From: Eledone cirrhosa
Taxonomy: Eukaryota
DNA length: 64,000 nt
NCBI GenBank assembly: GCA_964016885.1
Contig: OZ024740.1
Coordinates: forward strand, 43,338,001-43,402,000
Direction of reading: 5' to 3'
Positions within the stretch are counted from its first letter, which is position 1. Each line of letters starts with the position of its first letter. The position numbers were made by a program, and so were the translations under genes. The notes beneath the pieces are model-generated. The model saw only the letters and a program-made list of their open reading frames with translations, made no database searches and was not told the DNA's origin. This document shows, piece by piece, positions 24,501-36,832 of the stretch.

Positions 24501-27500
24501 ATCTTCGGGTCTTCTCCGGCGATATAGTGGGTATGTGTCATGACCAGTCTGAGTATCCTTAAGGAACTGTCGGGGAAATTTCCTTGAGCACCTAGACTTG
24601 TCCTTAACACACGGTAGGTTGTTGTGAAATCCATGTCCACATGGGCCATTCACCATGTATGCTTTAACTTTTTGGTAAAGGTCCCTGTCGATTACCGGAT
24701 CCGGAAACTCAGCAGAAATGACATTGTCAATTTCATCTGATCTAAGTTTTGTCTTTAACCAGATCAGAATGTGGGCATGCGGCAAGCCTCGTTTTTGCCA
24801 CTCAATTGTAAGCATGTCACATTGTACTGGGCCAAAGATTTCACCTGTTTTGATAAGTTCCATGAGCTTAATTAACTTAAGATGGAAAACTCTGGCAATA
24901 AGATCCTGCCTGACCGTGGCTTTTTGACCTGGAAAGAGTTCTTTCTGAATCTCTTCACATTTTGGGTTTGAAGTGAAAGTAATAAACAAATCTGGTTTAC
25001 CGAAAAGGCGCACAATAGTTAAAGCATCTTGAATTTTTTCGAAAAAGAACCCAGGACTTCCTGTGAAAGATGAAGGCAGGATGTACAACAGTCCAATACT
25101 ATCAGGATCTGCATTAATGTTCATTCCATCACGAAGGTGAATGTAATGTCACAGCGAAGTTGTTTCTGATTAAGTCGAATGAAGCATAATCTCTCGGACT
25201 CCATTTTTGCGAACATGTCAACTGCAAATTGATTGAAGAGGTCTTGTGATCGGTGCAGCTGGTTGAAGCAGTTGTCGCGGATCATCAATCGGAAGGCGTA
25301 AAAAATCCATGCACGTGACAATTTTCGTGGTATGCTCATCTTGGTTTGTGGAATTAATTTGATGAATTCCGAAATGGTATCCATCCTCACCATAAACAAA
25401 TAATAGCGGATACTGGAGTGCGTCGTAAGATCGATGGGTTTCACTTATTCTGTGAAGGCTGTTGTCTCGTCGCTTGATAATGATGTCTCTCTTGTTGTGC
25501 TGCTCTCCACTAATAACGATGCCTACCTCATTACAAGTAGGTGCATTATACCGGCCCGCATGCTCCCCAGATGGTCTCTCATCAGCGTAAATGACGATAT
25601 CGTAATTTGGCGAAGGTGCTTCTTCTCAAGCATACTTGAAGCTTTGAATGTAGCTATTGTTAGAGTGAAGCATGTCTTGGGGGTCAATAAAGAGTTCCAG
25701 TTTAGTGTCTGAAGTGTACGATTGCCGTCGATCTGCTTGCTGATGACAGTTAACAAAAAGGTAAGCCTGCAAAAATTGTGACTCTTCAGTAGGCAACTGT
25801 TGCAGTGATCCAATGAGATGATGCACCTGGCCCTGTACTTTGAAAGTCGGCATAAATCCATCTTCCTTCAGACGTTTTGCACCGAAAGAGGTCATTTGAA
25901 ACGCAATGGAGTACTGTCGGATATGCTTCAGAAAATCACGTGATTGTGAATGCTTACCTATTAGAAGCATCTGGAGATGTTGCGGTGGTTCCCCAAGGGT
26001 GGGCAAATTAACATTACCATTGGCGTAGCACATTCCAGCCGATTCTCCCGCCCACTTTTTAGCTTTACAATGTTGGCAAGTATTTGACATGGCATATATT
26101 TGAATATCAGGATGGATTTGATAGTTTACATTAGGGTCATAATTAACTGTCTTAAGGTACCATCGTGAGCGTGATGCCTTTGAAATACCCCGCGATAAAG
26201 CTCTACGTTGAGCGCTACCCTCCAGCCAAATAGCTCGACTTGTTACAGTCTCTACAGCTCGTGCCGTAGCAGTAGCTGAAGCATTTCTCAATTGGCGACT
26301 TTGATGTTCTTGCTCAGTCTCAATTGCTCTTGCTGTAACATTAGCTGAAGCATTACGCGCACGGCGTGTTTCATATTTTTGTACTGTCTCTGCAGATCTT
26401 GCTGCAGCAGTATCTGTAGCATCCATAGCAAGGCGTGTTTCACGTTGCTCTCTAGTCTCTGCAGCCCGTGCTGCAGCAGTTGCTTTAGCATTATTGGATC
26501 GATGCACTAACCGACGCTCAGCGTCGGACAATGATGTTGTAATAACTGTACTCACCGCATTTTGTGATTGTCTATTTTAGGTTATCGGCGGAGCGTCATT
26601 TACACGCATTGTTTTCTTCGACCGAGAGGTCAAAGTCAGAGAGCCGATATGTGCATACTTTCTTTTATTTGGTGAAAAATTGTAAAGTCAAAATGTATGA
26701 ATTGAAGCGTTACAGTAAAATGAAAAATATACTGGCAAAACTTAAAAAACCCTTTGAATAACTACATCCTGTTCAGTATGTTCCTTCATTGTCAAAAGAA
26801 TTGATGTGTACGAATACAGCTGGAAGCATAGATAATGCCTGCCTCAAATGTGGACGAAATTACTTTAAAAATGTAAACGTTGTAGGTCCCAATGGTTTGA
26901 ATGGAAAGACCCATAAGGATTGTTCTAAAAATAAACAAACCATCATCAAAATCTCGTCAATTCGAGACTGCTGCGAGATTAGGCCCTTACCGCGAAAATT
27001 AACACTTAATATAGTGAAACAAGTTAAAACAACAAGTGTTTTTTTAACTTTGAAAGTGCAACACATTTTTTTTTGTATCAACATGGCTTATGAAAGTAGG
27101 GATACCGACTTTGAAGGTCTTAAACACGACGACATTCAGAATAAACAAGAAACAAACGATAATATTAGTGATTTATCTTCAAATGAATCTGATGTTTATA
27201 TTTCTGAAATTTCGTCCGACAATAATTGTTGTTTTGAAAGTGAAAACGAAGGTCTCCATATCTCTCCTCTCTCACTCTCTTTATAAGGATTGTCAATAAA
27301 GTTTGTTATCTCCCTTACATCATGCACTTTAGAAAAAATAATTTTGCTATCGATAATTTTGCTATCGATTTTTTATTGCTCAACGTGGGTCGATTTGACC
27401 ACCTGTGCGAGAGGTGCAACATGCACAGAAAATTTGGTCAAATTCGGTTGGTAATTGTAAAAGCCTTAGGTATCGAAAGTTGTACACAAACACACACACA

Positions 27501-27526
27501 CACCCTAGCTTTTATATATATATAGA
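21536..27526 (-). mobile_element. Full-length Helitron (5991 bp) with both canonical termini
   Basis: The minus strand starts A|TCTATATATATATAAAAG at 27526 and ends CCCGGGCAACGCCGGG(hairpin)TAAATCTGCTAG|T at 21536. It is inserted in an AT dinucleotide without TSD and encloses RepHel. Confidence 0.92.
22018..26555 (-). pseudogene. Helitron RepHel (HUH Rep + Pif1-like helicase), frameshifted
   Basis: Successive ORFs 26555-25626, 25444-25121, 25124-23739, 23699-23268, 23326-22352 and 22359-22018. They carry N-terminal ARAxET repeats and CQHC..C, Rep motifs PDLFITFT, EWQKRGLPHAH and KYICKY, and helicase motifs GAPGGG.KT, ASSGIA..LLPGGRTAHS, DECTM, QFPLRVAFAMSINKSQGQT and YVACSRV. Confidence 0.93.
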
Positions 27527-28849
27527 TTAATAAAGAAATCATTGTTATTATTATTTAGTAAAGTAAAAAAAATTAAATATTTTTCAATTTTCAACTTCCT
27601 TTTTACCTTTTCAATGAAAAGTATACCTTCGATTCCTCTTTTGAAATAGGCTTTAAACAAACTTAATTATAGATGGAATTTCAAAACAAAACGGGCATAC
27701 ACACGACATACACACATACACATACTAACACATAACCATGTTAATATATATAACACATTGTTATACAGTATTATTAAGACAAATCATATAGGAAAATATC
27801 TGTCAGAAAGCAGATGTGTTTGCTACTGAGTTCACTTAAAGCTAAATAAAGTTTCTGAAAATATAGACATTTACATATATATAACAATTAAATCTCTTCT
27901 TGTATTTCATAACGTTTTTATTTGTATAGAAATGTATTTCAAGCAATCTTATCAGACAGTGATGGCATGTTTGGATCGATTTTGTGTATAAGTGCATACA
28001 AATGCTGAACACTATAATCTCTAAATAATTATCTTTCAATCAGAAGATTGTAAATTATAACCACTGTAGTTCTGTATTGTTCATATCGATTATTATTGCC
28101 CGTCAAGAGATAGAAAATTTCATTTACGGAATCAAATATCAAGATATTTATAAACTTGATTTAACAATATAAAATATTCATCTATTGTACAACCAGCCAT
28201 CTGCAGCTGTTTTACTCGGAGGCAGTCGTATGAGTATATATAGAGAAAATGCTAAGTCTTTTCTTTAAAACACTTTATTGTCTAGAAGAAAATAATGAAT
28301 ATAAACTTTTACTTGTTTAATTCATACTTTTTTCTGAAAGTAAAATAAACAAATGTCTCTTTTGCCTTCATTGATGTACTGGACTAACTTTACTGCCGTT
28401 CTACTATTTAAATGCATAACCAGTAAGCAGTGGCCAATTTGTAATTAATAATTTCAAGAAAACTAAAACTGTCTCTCCGTTTCATTGTTTCTTTAATACC
28501 TTTGCTGCTTATTATTGAATAATGACAATAAAATTGTGTACTATGATCCTAAACGTTGTACGGACACTATCTAAATTTCCTTTTATTGCGTTTAACCAAT
28601 CATAAATACATCTATATTTAAACATGATCGTGGTTCATGTGATATTGTATTCAGAGTTCAATAAATCCTTGGATTCAACAACTAGACGAACAGATTTATA
28701 TTAAAGTTCAACATAAACGGCCTTATATCCAATAACCATATTGATTAAACTTAAACCTGCCTATTATTATGCAAGTTGCTAATTGTTTTTAATTTAAAGC
28801 AAAAAAATGAAAACCAACACGGGACAAGAGACATTATTATTCATGAATG

Positions 28850-29035
28850 TGAATTGGCAGTATTGGTAGAGGGTTGGATTCCATGCTTTCTAGCATAGTT
28901 ACGTCCCTTTACGGTCTGAGTTCAAATCCCGCCGAGGTTAACTTTGCCTTTCATCCTTACGGGGTCGATAGAATAAAGTACCAGTAATATACTGGCTATT
29001 TGCTGGCCTTGTGCCAAAAATAGAAACAATTATTA
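28850..29035 (+). mobile_element. tRNA-derived SINE family 1 copy
   Basis: TGGCAGTATTGGTAGAG...GTTCAAATCCCGCCGAGGTTAACTTTGCCTTTCATCCTTACGGGGTCG. Confidence 0.85.
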
Positions 29036-30338
29036 TTCATGAATGGCCAAATACTTTAAAACTAGCTGACATCGTCTTCAGGCCATGCTAACTCAGTATG
29101 TTGGAAGGTTTAATAATTATCACTGTATTAATTGACAAAGGACTAATGTGCTAACAAATCAAAGAGAACTTGAAAGTAGATGGGCTGCACATGCCATTTT
29201 CGGCGTCATCGTTATCCCACATTGCATCTCTCTGAGAATTATGATAAGACTATATGAGCCTGTGGAATTCTGAAACACTTAAACGTTGATGTAACGAGTT
29301 GGTCATTACAATGATCAAACATTTGGGAGCATTATCTTCGTAATCGGAAGAGGTTAATTTTCGTTAATGTGTTATTATATAAGATGTATTGACATTTAAT
29401 CTGGCAGATTTTAATTTTGTTCAGATGTTCTTTTCATAAATTAATATTATTTTTTTATCTGGGTAGCAGGACAAATTTTAATTTAAAGTGGAGTATAACT
29501 GATTTAAAGTGTGGTATAATTAATTCAACCTTTTCAACTATATTGTTTGTACATATTTTCACAGTGGTTAAAGTGCGGAAAAATGTCAACCAGGCGTATA
29601 TAGCATTTATCCCTTAGAGACCTCAATTCGAGGCATTTGTAATAGAATGTTATCTTTTTTTGTCTAAAGGAACATGGACCGTCTTCAATCTTTTTAGAAA
29701 AGGCAACCCGTTGTTATATTACTAACAAAATGTTAGGTGACAATTGTTCTATAAGTAGTTCAGCTATAACAACGAATTATGCCTGCAGATGAAATAATAT
29801 ATATAACTCTTACACCAATAGCCTCGACTCTATGTGACATCTTTATTAATAATACGGCTGAGTTGTTAAATTTGATATCCTCATCTGAAATATAACAGTC
29901 TACGTGTTACAGCTTACATACTATATTTAGCCTTCGGTAAGTTGCTTCCTAGTAAGGATTCTAATCGGATTTTTACATAAAATGTTGCCAGTTTAAACAA
30001 TTATCGCCGATAGAAATAGTATCTGATAAATGAAGACAATCCAAGTGATATATATATGTATATATATATATATGAAAAAGAATGAAACGAAATTTCATTT
30101 CTCACTCTTAGTACGGCTGATACCTATATATAAGTATGTATACGTACATACATATACGTATACAGACGTACAGTAGTATGTATATACATACATACATGCA
30201 CACATATATATATATGTACGTATGGGTTTACCGAACATTTATTATAATGCTCGGTTTGTTTGTAAACAAACAGCCCGAATTACGCCGCGCAGTGCTCGGC
30301 AACCATCGTCGCCCTTTTGTTCAACACTGACACAGGAA

Positions 30339-30379
30339 CGATGTACTAGTTTCAAGCTTATTAGCTATCGTCAGCATCA
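30339..30379 (-). ncRNA. Minimal type-I hammerhead ribozyme (family B)
   Basis: Minus strand: TGATG-CTGACGA-TAGCT-AATA-AGCTT-GAAA-CTAG-TA-CATCG. Confidence 0.75.
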
Positions 30380-30443
30380 TATACCCTTCTGTCAAAGGAA
30401 AGTATATACTTTCAAACGTTCAATCATCTGACAGAAAGGTATA

Positions 30444-30484
30444 CGATGCTGACGATAGCTAATAAGCTTGAAACTAGTACATCG
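30444..30484 (+). ncRNA. Minimal type-I hammerhead ribozyme (family B)
   Basis: CGATG-CTGACGA-TAGCT-AATA-AGCTT-GAAA-CTAG-TA-CATCG. It has a perfect 5-bp stem I, an intact core, a 4-bp stem II, palindromic stem III (ACTAGT) and a GUA cleavage triplet ending at 30479. Confidence 0.8.
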
Positions 30485-30789
30485 TTCCTATGTCAGTGTT
30501 GAAAAAAAGGGCGACGATGGTTGCCTGAACACTGTATGGCGTAATTCGGGCTGTTTGTTTACAAACAAACCAAGCATTATAATAAATGTTCGGTAAACCC
30601 ATACGTACATATATATATATATATATGTGTGCATGTATGTATATATATACATACTACTGTACGTCTGTACACATATATGTATGTACGTATACATACTTAT
30701 ATATATACATACGTGTGTGGCTTTGTGTATGCGTGTATCTATCTATCTATCTATATCTATTTATCTATGTATCTGTCTAACTATATATC

Positions 30790-32290
30790 GTCCAAAAGAC
30801 GGAACTATTTACATATCTTGACATCTCCAATGCAAGGGAGTTGTTAAGAGATGCAAAAGAATATGTAACTTTTGGTGAGAGTGGTGCTTTCAGCATCACT
30901 TCTCAACAGTTACGTTGAGAAACTATCCTGAAAACAATAATTTTTAGGACAGTTTCAAATTCGTCTAAAAAACCAGTGCAATTATCCCAAAACGAAATTG
31001 AACTGGTTTTGAAGAATTCAATGAAGGATATTGCCTTTATCCAAAAAGGTAAACTTTTCGGAAGCAATTCAGTGCTGATGAAAGACCTATTGACGGCACA
31101 AAAATATTCTGTGTCGCCCATTTTGTCCCCCCCCCCTTACACATTTTTCCGCAAATATATGGGAAGAAGAACCCAGAAAATTAAAATATCAAACATTACA
31201 CCAAAAGTAAACGTCTGGTGGATTTTGATTGGCTTCATCGATTTCGATGAAGACACCATAATTTCAGCGGGAAAGTCCTCCAGAGGCACATTCAATGATA
31301 CAAGCCTGGAAGTTCTGATCTAAATGAGGCCAGAGCGGATAGCTAAAATATCCCAACGTGTGCCTCTGGATGGGAATTCATACATAAACATTTCTCTTGA
31401 GGGTAGGCGGCCTTCATGTTACCACTGTTTAAGTAGTGGTCACCTGAAGGCTTACTGTCCTCAGCTAGCTGCAAGAAAAAAAGAGGCACTACTGCCAACA
31501 CCCAACACCACCACCACAACAACAACAACAACACACAAACATAACCAAAACAAGAACAACAAACCAAACCGCAAGCACAGTTCCACCCAACCCCACTCCA
31601 CATAAAACCACTGCAAAAACACCCACAAACACAACAGCTCCCCAAGACATACCCCTCCCCAATCACACAGACGATACAACAGATGAGGCTACCTCGTCAT
31701 CACCCAGTGAAGACGAGGTAGAACCCATCGCTAAAAAGAAAAAAAAAGGCACCACAAAAACAAAAAAACAAGCAAACACTACCATAATCATACAACCACC
31801 AACACAAACAACAAAAACATCACAAACAAAACCCCCACCTCCTGAAAACAAAATGCCTACAACAAAACGAAAGCACACACAAGAACTACAGACAAAAACA
31901 ACGCAGCACAAGAAAATTACACTTACACATTCATAAACACTGAAAACAAAACACAAATGGAGACCATCACGAACAACTCTTCGGTGAAAACCGAAGGGAA
32001 AACTTTCTCAAACTCTAATAAAAATAATAAAAAACCGAATCTAAAACTGAGTAGGGTCCCTAAAAGAAACATTTGAAAAGGACGCGGGGAATTCCTGCGT
32101 GAAACCACTTAACCGCGTCCTTCTCAAATGTCTCCCCACCCCAGACACCGCATCCCACCAGACACTCCCTCTCCACCAAACATCTCCGTCCCCACCCCGC
32201 CGGAAACCACCACCCACCCAGACAACTCCTCCAAAACCACGATGGAACTTGAGCGACCCGCTCTGCAGGAAACGAAAAGGTATGTGAACT
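30790..32290 (+). pseudogene. Tx1-type ORF1 (gag-like, CCHC knuckle, low-complexity T/K/P tail)
   Basis: One frame from ~30793 with in-frame stops at ~30916 and 31321, containing EGRRPSCYHCLSSGHLKAYCP, then frameshifted low-complexity sequence. Confidence 0.7.
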
Positions 32291-32323
32291 CTTCCTTTTC
32301 TTTTCTAACTCTTCCTCACCAAC

Positions 32324-35300
32324 ATGGCGAATGTAAGAGTCGGTTGTGTGAATGTGAGAGGCCTGAGGATGCCCTGGAAACTGGGCAAACTTTTAAACGA
32401 CCTCAGGTCGCATAGTATGGATGTAATTGTCATCTGCGAGTCCAGGATCCACAGCGATCGACAGCTGGCTCCCATCTTCGATGACTATGAGATCTACGCA
32501 TCTCTATGTCAGCCAGGAGGTGGGGGCGGGGTTGCCGTTTTGCTGAGGAAACACCTGGGTCTCGTAACACAGACGGTACATCTGGACCCGGAGGTTCGAC
32601 TGGTGGTCCTAAACGTTAACGGTAGTGAAGGTGGAGCATTCAGGCTGGTGGCCACTTATGCCCCATCCGTGACTCCGCGGCCAGATTTCTTCAAACGTCT
32701 AGAGGCTTTTCTGGGAATGTCCCGTTCCTTGCTTTAAGTGGGGTATTGGAATGGAATCCTAGATGCACGTTGGGACTATGTGGGAGAATGTCCCGATAAA
32801 GGGGGGGGGGGGGAGTGTAACGGCCTCAAAAAGTTAATCGGCCTATTTGACCTGGCCGATAGATATCGACTAGATTTTCCGACTGCGCCACTGTGGACGT
32901 GGACTAATCGCAGCGGAACATCTAGATTGTACCTGGATAGGCTTCTAGTTAGAAATACGGATAGGGACATGTTAAGCTGTCCACAAATGTTCATGTAACT
33001 AGTAACCTGTAACCTGCATGGTCAACCTTGATAGGACCCATAGACAAGGACCCGGCTACTGAAGCTGAACTTGTCGTTACCAACATGCAAAGCCTATAGT
33101 ATACGGATTAGCACTTTAGTTAAACAGCACTTGAGAGGGTTATTGTCAACAACAGATGGTGGTACTCTCTCAAGAGGGCAGTTAGAATAGACTCGTTAGT
33201 TTTTAGTAAAGAATTAGCGTTAGATAGAAATAGGACCGAGAAGGAACTGGTAGATAAAGTAGAAGAGGCAATTAGAAGTGGCAACGTAGTCAGCGTGCTA
33301 GTAACGAGAACGGACTTGGACCAGTTTTTCGACGCAAAGCACGAAGGCTGCGTTGTCAGAAGCAAAATACGTGTTCTGGGTAACCAGGGAGCCAAAGCTG
33401 TTAGCTGGGCCCGGATGACGGAGGCGAAAAGTGGCAACAAGTCCACGATTCGGTCTTTGAAGGACCATACGTGAGCCGAAGCAGATGTGCGTGGCCTTTC
33501 AGTGGCACGTTGGTCAGCTGTTCGGGCAGGGCGGCGCGCCGGGAGGGGATTTCGGTCCATACCTCGACGGCCTGCCGCGACTCTCGGACAGCGAGGTGAA
33601 GTTCTGCGAAAAGCCGATTTCAGCCGCTGAGATAGGGGGCGCTGAGCCAATGCGGCAAACGCAAATCTCCAGGTCTCGACGGTCTGCCCTACGAATTTTA
33701 CGTAACAATGCCGGACTTGTTCTCTGTTCTCCTGGAAGCGGTCCACTGCAACTGGAAGCTGTACGGGAGCATTCCCAGTTCTGTGACCAGGGGCGTAGTC
33801 ACGCTAGTCAGGAAGGACGAGTATATGGAGGATGACATAGGCAACTTCCGGTCCATAACTCTGCTAAAAACAGAGTTACAGATTTTGGCCAGGGTGTTGG
33901 CAAAGAGGTTGGCGCTTGTCATCGAAAACCTGTGGGAGAAGCGCATACATGCGCAATCCCGACCAGATCCATACACGATAACCTCCACCTCATGCGATAC
34001 ATTTTAGAGAGGGTTGGGTGTAAACCCGGCTTCGGTGGGGCCCTGATCAACTTGGATCAGTCTAAGGCTTTCGATAGGGTTGACTATCGTTACCTGGATG
34101 CGGTGCTCGAGGCGGCAGGCTTCGGACCCGTGTTCAGGGGCTGGATTGCTGCAATGCACAGCAGCAACATCTGCTCAAGGGTCAAGGTGAACGGCTACCT
34201 TTCGGAGCCGTTCCATATCACGCGATCCATCCGACAGGGAAACCCTCTCTCCTCCCTTCTGTACGTACTGACTCTCGAGCCACTACTGCGGAAGTTGGAG
34301 CTATTGCAGGGCATCCCTTTGGAACCGGGACTGCGGAAAGCAGCGTCGGCCTACGCCGACGACGTGACAGTAATGGTGTCGAGCACCTCGCAAATCGAGG
34401 AAGTCGGCACCCTTCTGAAGGAATACGAAAAGTTCACAGGAGCGAAGCTGAACCGGGACAAGTCCATCAGTTTGCAACTCGGATCGTGGAGAGGCAAACC
34501 GATGCCTCCCGATAGCGTCGTCGGACGCTGGACGGAAGGACCGGTGAAGCTGCTCGGGGTCTGGTCTGGTCCGGACCTCCAGGTGGAGAAGAACTGGAAC
34601 GAGGTGACGGCCAAGGTGTTTGCACTCACCCAGAAGTGGGCCGAGAGGAAACTATCCTTGAAAGGTCGAGCGGAGGTGGCGAACACTTTTATAGCGTCTG
34701 TCATCTACCGCTTGACCGTCGTGCCTTGTCCAGCCAAAACGCTCACCAAAATGGAGTGCGCGCTCTTCCAATTCCTTTGGAAGAAGCTGGCTCCTTTGGT
34801 GAGAAGATCCATCTGCTGCCAACACCCTTCCAACGGAGGGCTGGGGATGCCATGGCTAACAATGCGCAAATTCGCACTCAAGCTGCGGCTTCTCCATGTA
34901 TTCCTCACCGGACAACCGGCGTGGGCCCCGTTCGAGAGGCGAGCCTTTCCACGACTCTTCTCGCTGACCGAGCTGCAGTCCAGGGTCAAGCAAAGACCGA
35001 GGAAAATGGGCGACTGGCACATCGAATACCTCAGGCGCTCACAGCCCTCTGGCAGGCAGACCCGGTGATCAGTGGAGACTCCACTTTCTCATTCTATAGA
35101 GGGTTGGTCCGCAGCAAGTGCGACGACGCGCTCGGAGAAACTCTAGGCGTATAGGAAGAAGAACTGGCCAGTTTGTTCGGTAGGACCTTCTGCCCGGGAC
35201 CGATGGACAATTTCCAAAAGTCCCTGGCCTGGCAGTGCTACCGAGGAGCTCTACCAGTTCGAGACAATTTCTGCAGACATGGCGCCCGGGCAGGGGCCCT

Positions 35301-35730
35301 TCGAAAAAGATCTGTCCGAGATGCGTGCGAGACGAAGAAACCGTCGCGCACGCATTTGTACACTGCTCTGGCGTTACCGACCTGTGGGGCTATGTAAAAC
35401 GACTATTGTCGCGGGTGGGACCAATGCGGTTGACCACCGAGTCCATTGTCATGATCAAACCGTCACCCTCCTTCAAAATAGAGGGAGAGGCGGTTTTCCT
35501 ATGTGTTATGTTTATGGTGAAAGAGGTTATATGTTGGACGAGGTTAAAAGGGCTGAGGTAAGACACCTTTCTCTCCGCCGAGCAACTGATTCGTTTTTTC
35601 AAAATATCATTTTGGAAGAAGAACCAGGATGGAGAGATAGGTGCTCTACCCCAGCAAATTTTATAAAAGGTGGGTGAATGTGGCAAAGATGGCTCGAGTG
35701 GTTGGGCCTTTTCTCTATATAACCCTGTAG
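32324..35730 (+). pseudogene. Tx1-type ORF2 (APE-RT-Cys-rich), multiple stops and frameshifts
   Basis: VNVRGL, VICES, YAPS, GYWNG and YLDR (APE); NFRSITLL, LDQSKAFDRV, IRQGNPLS and YADD (RT); CPRC..EETVAHAFVHC. Confidence 0.9.
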
Positions 35731-35960
35731 GTTGAGGAAAAAGAGGAAGAGAGGAAGGGAGTACTCACTCTTGGTGCTCCTGGAGATGAGGGTTGTACAT
35801 TTTTTCGGGGTGTGTACAACCCCTGTGTAACACCTCCCCCCTATTGTCGATATCAATTGTTATTTGTTATTTTATTAATAGTTTTATTTTCATATACCTG
35901 TATGTAAACTCCCCATTTGTATTTGTCCCCTTCTTTTGTGCCCTTGTGTTTAATACAGAA

Positions 35961-36002
<42 letters not shown>

Positions 36003-36008
36003 TTGTGC

Positions 36009-36600
36009 TCAGGCGCTCACAGTCCTCTGGCAAACGGATCCGGCGGTCAGTGGAGACTCCACTTCGTCACTCTTTAGAAGGTTGGTCCGCAGCAAGTGCG
36101 ACGACGCGCTCGGAGAAGCTCTAGGCGTAGAGGAGGATGAACTGGCCAGTCTGTTCGGTAAGACCTTCCGCCCGGGACCGATGGACAATTTCCAAAAGTC
36201 CCTGGCCTGGCAGTGCTACCGAGGAGTTCTACCAGTTCGAGTCAAGATCTACAGACACGAGCGCCCGGGCAGGTACCCTTCGAAAAATATCTGTCGGGGA
36301 TGCGTGCGCGACGAGGAAACCGTCGCGTGTGTATTTGTACACTGCCCGGGCGTTACCGACTTGTGGGGCTACGTAAAACGACTTTTGTCGCGGGTGAGAC
36401 CAATCCAGTTGACCACCGAGTCCATTGTCATGATCAAACCGTCACCCTCCTTCAAAAACGAAGGATACGCGGTTTTCCTATGTGTTATGGCTATGGTGAA
36501 AGAGTTTATATGGTGGATGAGGTTAAAAGGGTTGAGATCAGACACCTTTCACTCCGGCCAACAACTGATTCGTTTTATCAAATATCATTTTGGAAGAAGA
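36009..36600 (+). mobile_element. Second, diverged Tx1 3' fragment in tandem
   Basis: Homologous to 35030-35622 with many substitutions. It starts after (CTAT)n and lacks the 3' UTR. Confidence 0.85.
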
Positions 36601-36629
36601 AATTTTAATTTTATTTTCAACCTAAAAAC

Positions 36630-36832
36630 TTTCCAGACTTTCGCAGTTATCTCCCTGACACCTCTTGCACGCAGTCTAGTATTGTCTGTGTGAAGTGAGC
36701 GAGTTTCTGCGCATGCGCGTTCGTACGGTTGTCCTTCCTGTTCCTATAACCATACACATCACGAGCTGAAGATCCGCTAAGGTGAAACAATTGTTCTCGG
36801 TATGGTGAACTAACTGTTGTGTAACCACTTCT
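36630..36832 (+). mobile_element. pLTR-like element family C with hammerhead motif (36762-36799)
   Basis: CGAG-CTGAAGA-TCCGCTAAGGT-GAAA-CAATTG-TT-CTCG. It is homologous to 54870-55065 and 53300-53474 and ends in (TA)n. Confidence 0.65.

Larger units (their letters stand above)
30077..30705. mobile_element. Head-to-head fold-back of hammerhead-bearing repeat (family B)
   Basis: 30125-30394 and 30429-30705 are reverse complements with scattered mismatches. Both arms match the tandem unit at 63249-64000, and the left flank is (TA)n. Confidence 0.88.
30790..35962 (+). mobile_element. L1/Tx1-type non-LTR retrotransposon, near full-length, degenerate
   Basis: ORF1 and ORF2 remnants in order, a T-rich 3' UTR ending AATACAGAAATC, and (CTAT)n-type microsatellite on both sides. 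Confidence 0.9.

Noticed and set aside
26789-27286. 165-aa plus-strand ORF inside the Helitron as a captured host gene
   Set aside because: Non-ATG start and no recognisable domain. At best it is a decayed transposase remnant.
29814-29884. Possible minus-strand exon (tttcag|..DEDIKFNNSAVLLIKMSHRVEAIG|gtaaga)
   Set aside because: The splice signals are plausible, but there is no homology or partner exon, and such a match is expected by chance in 64 kb.
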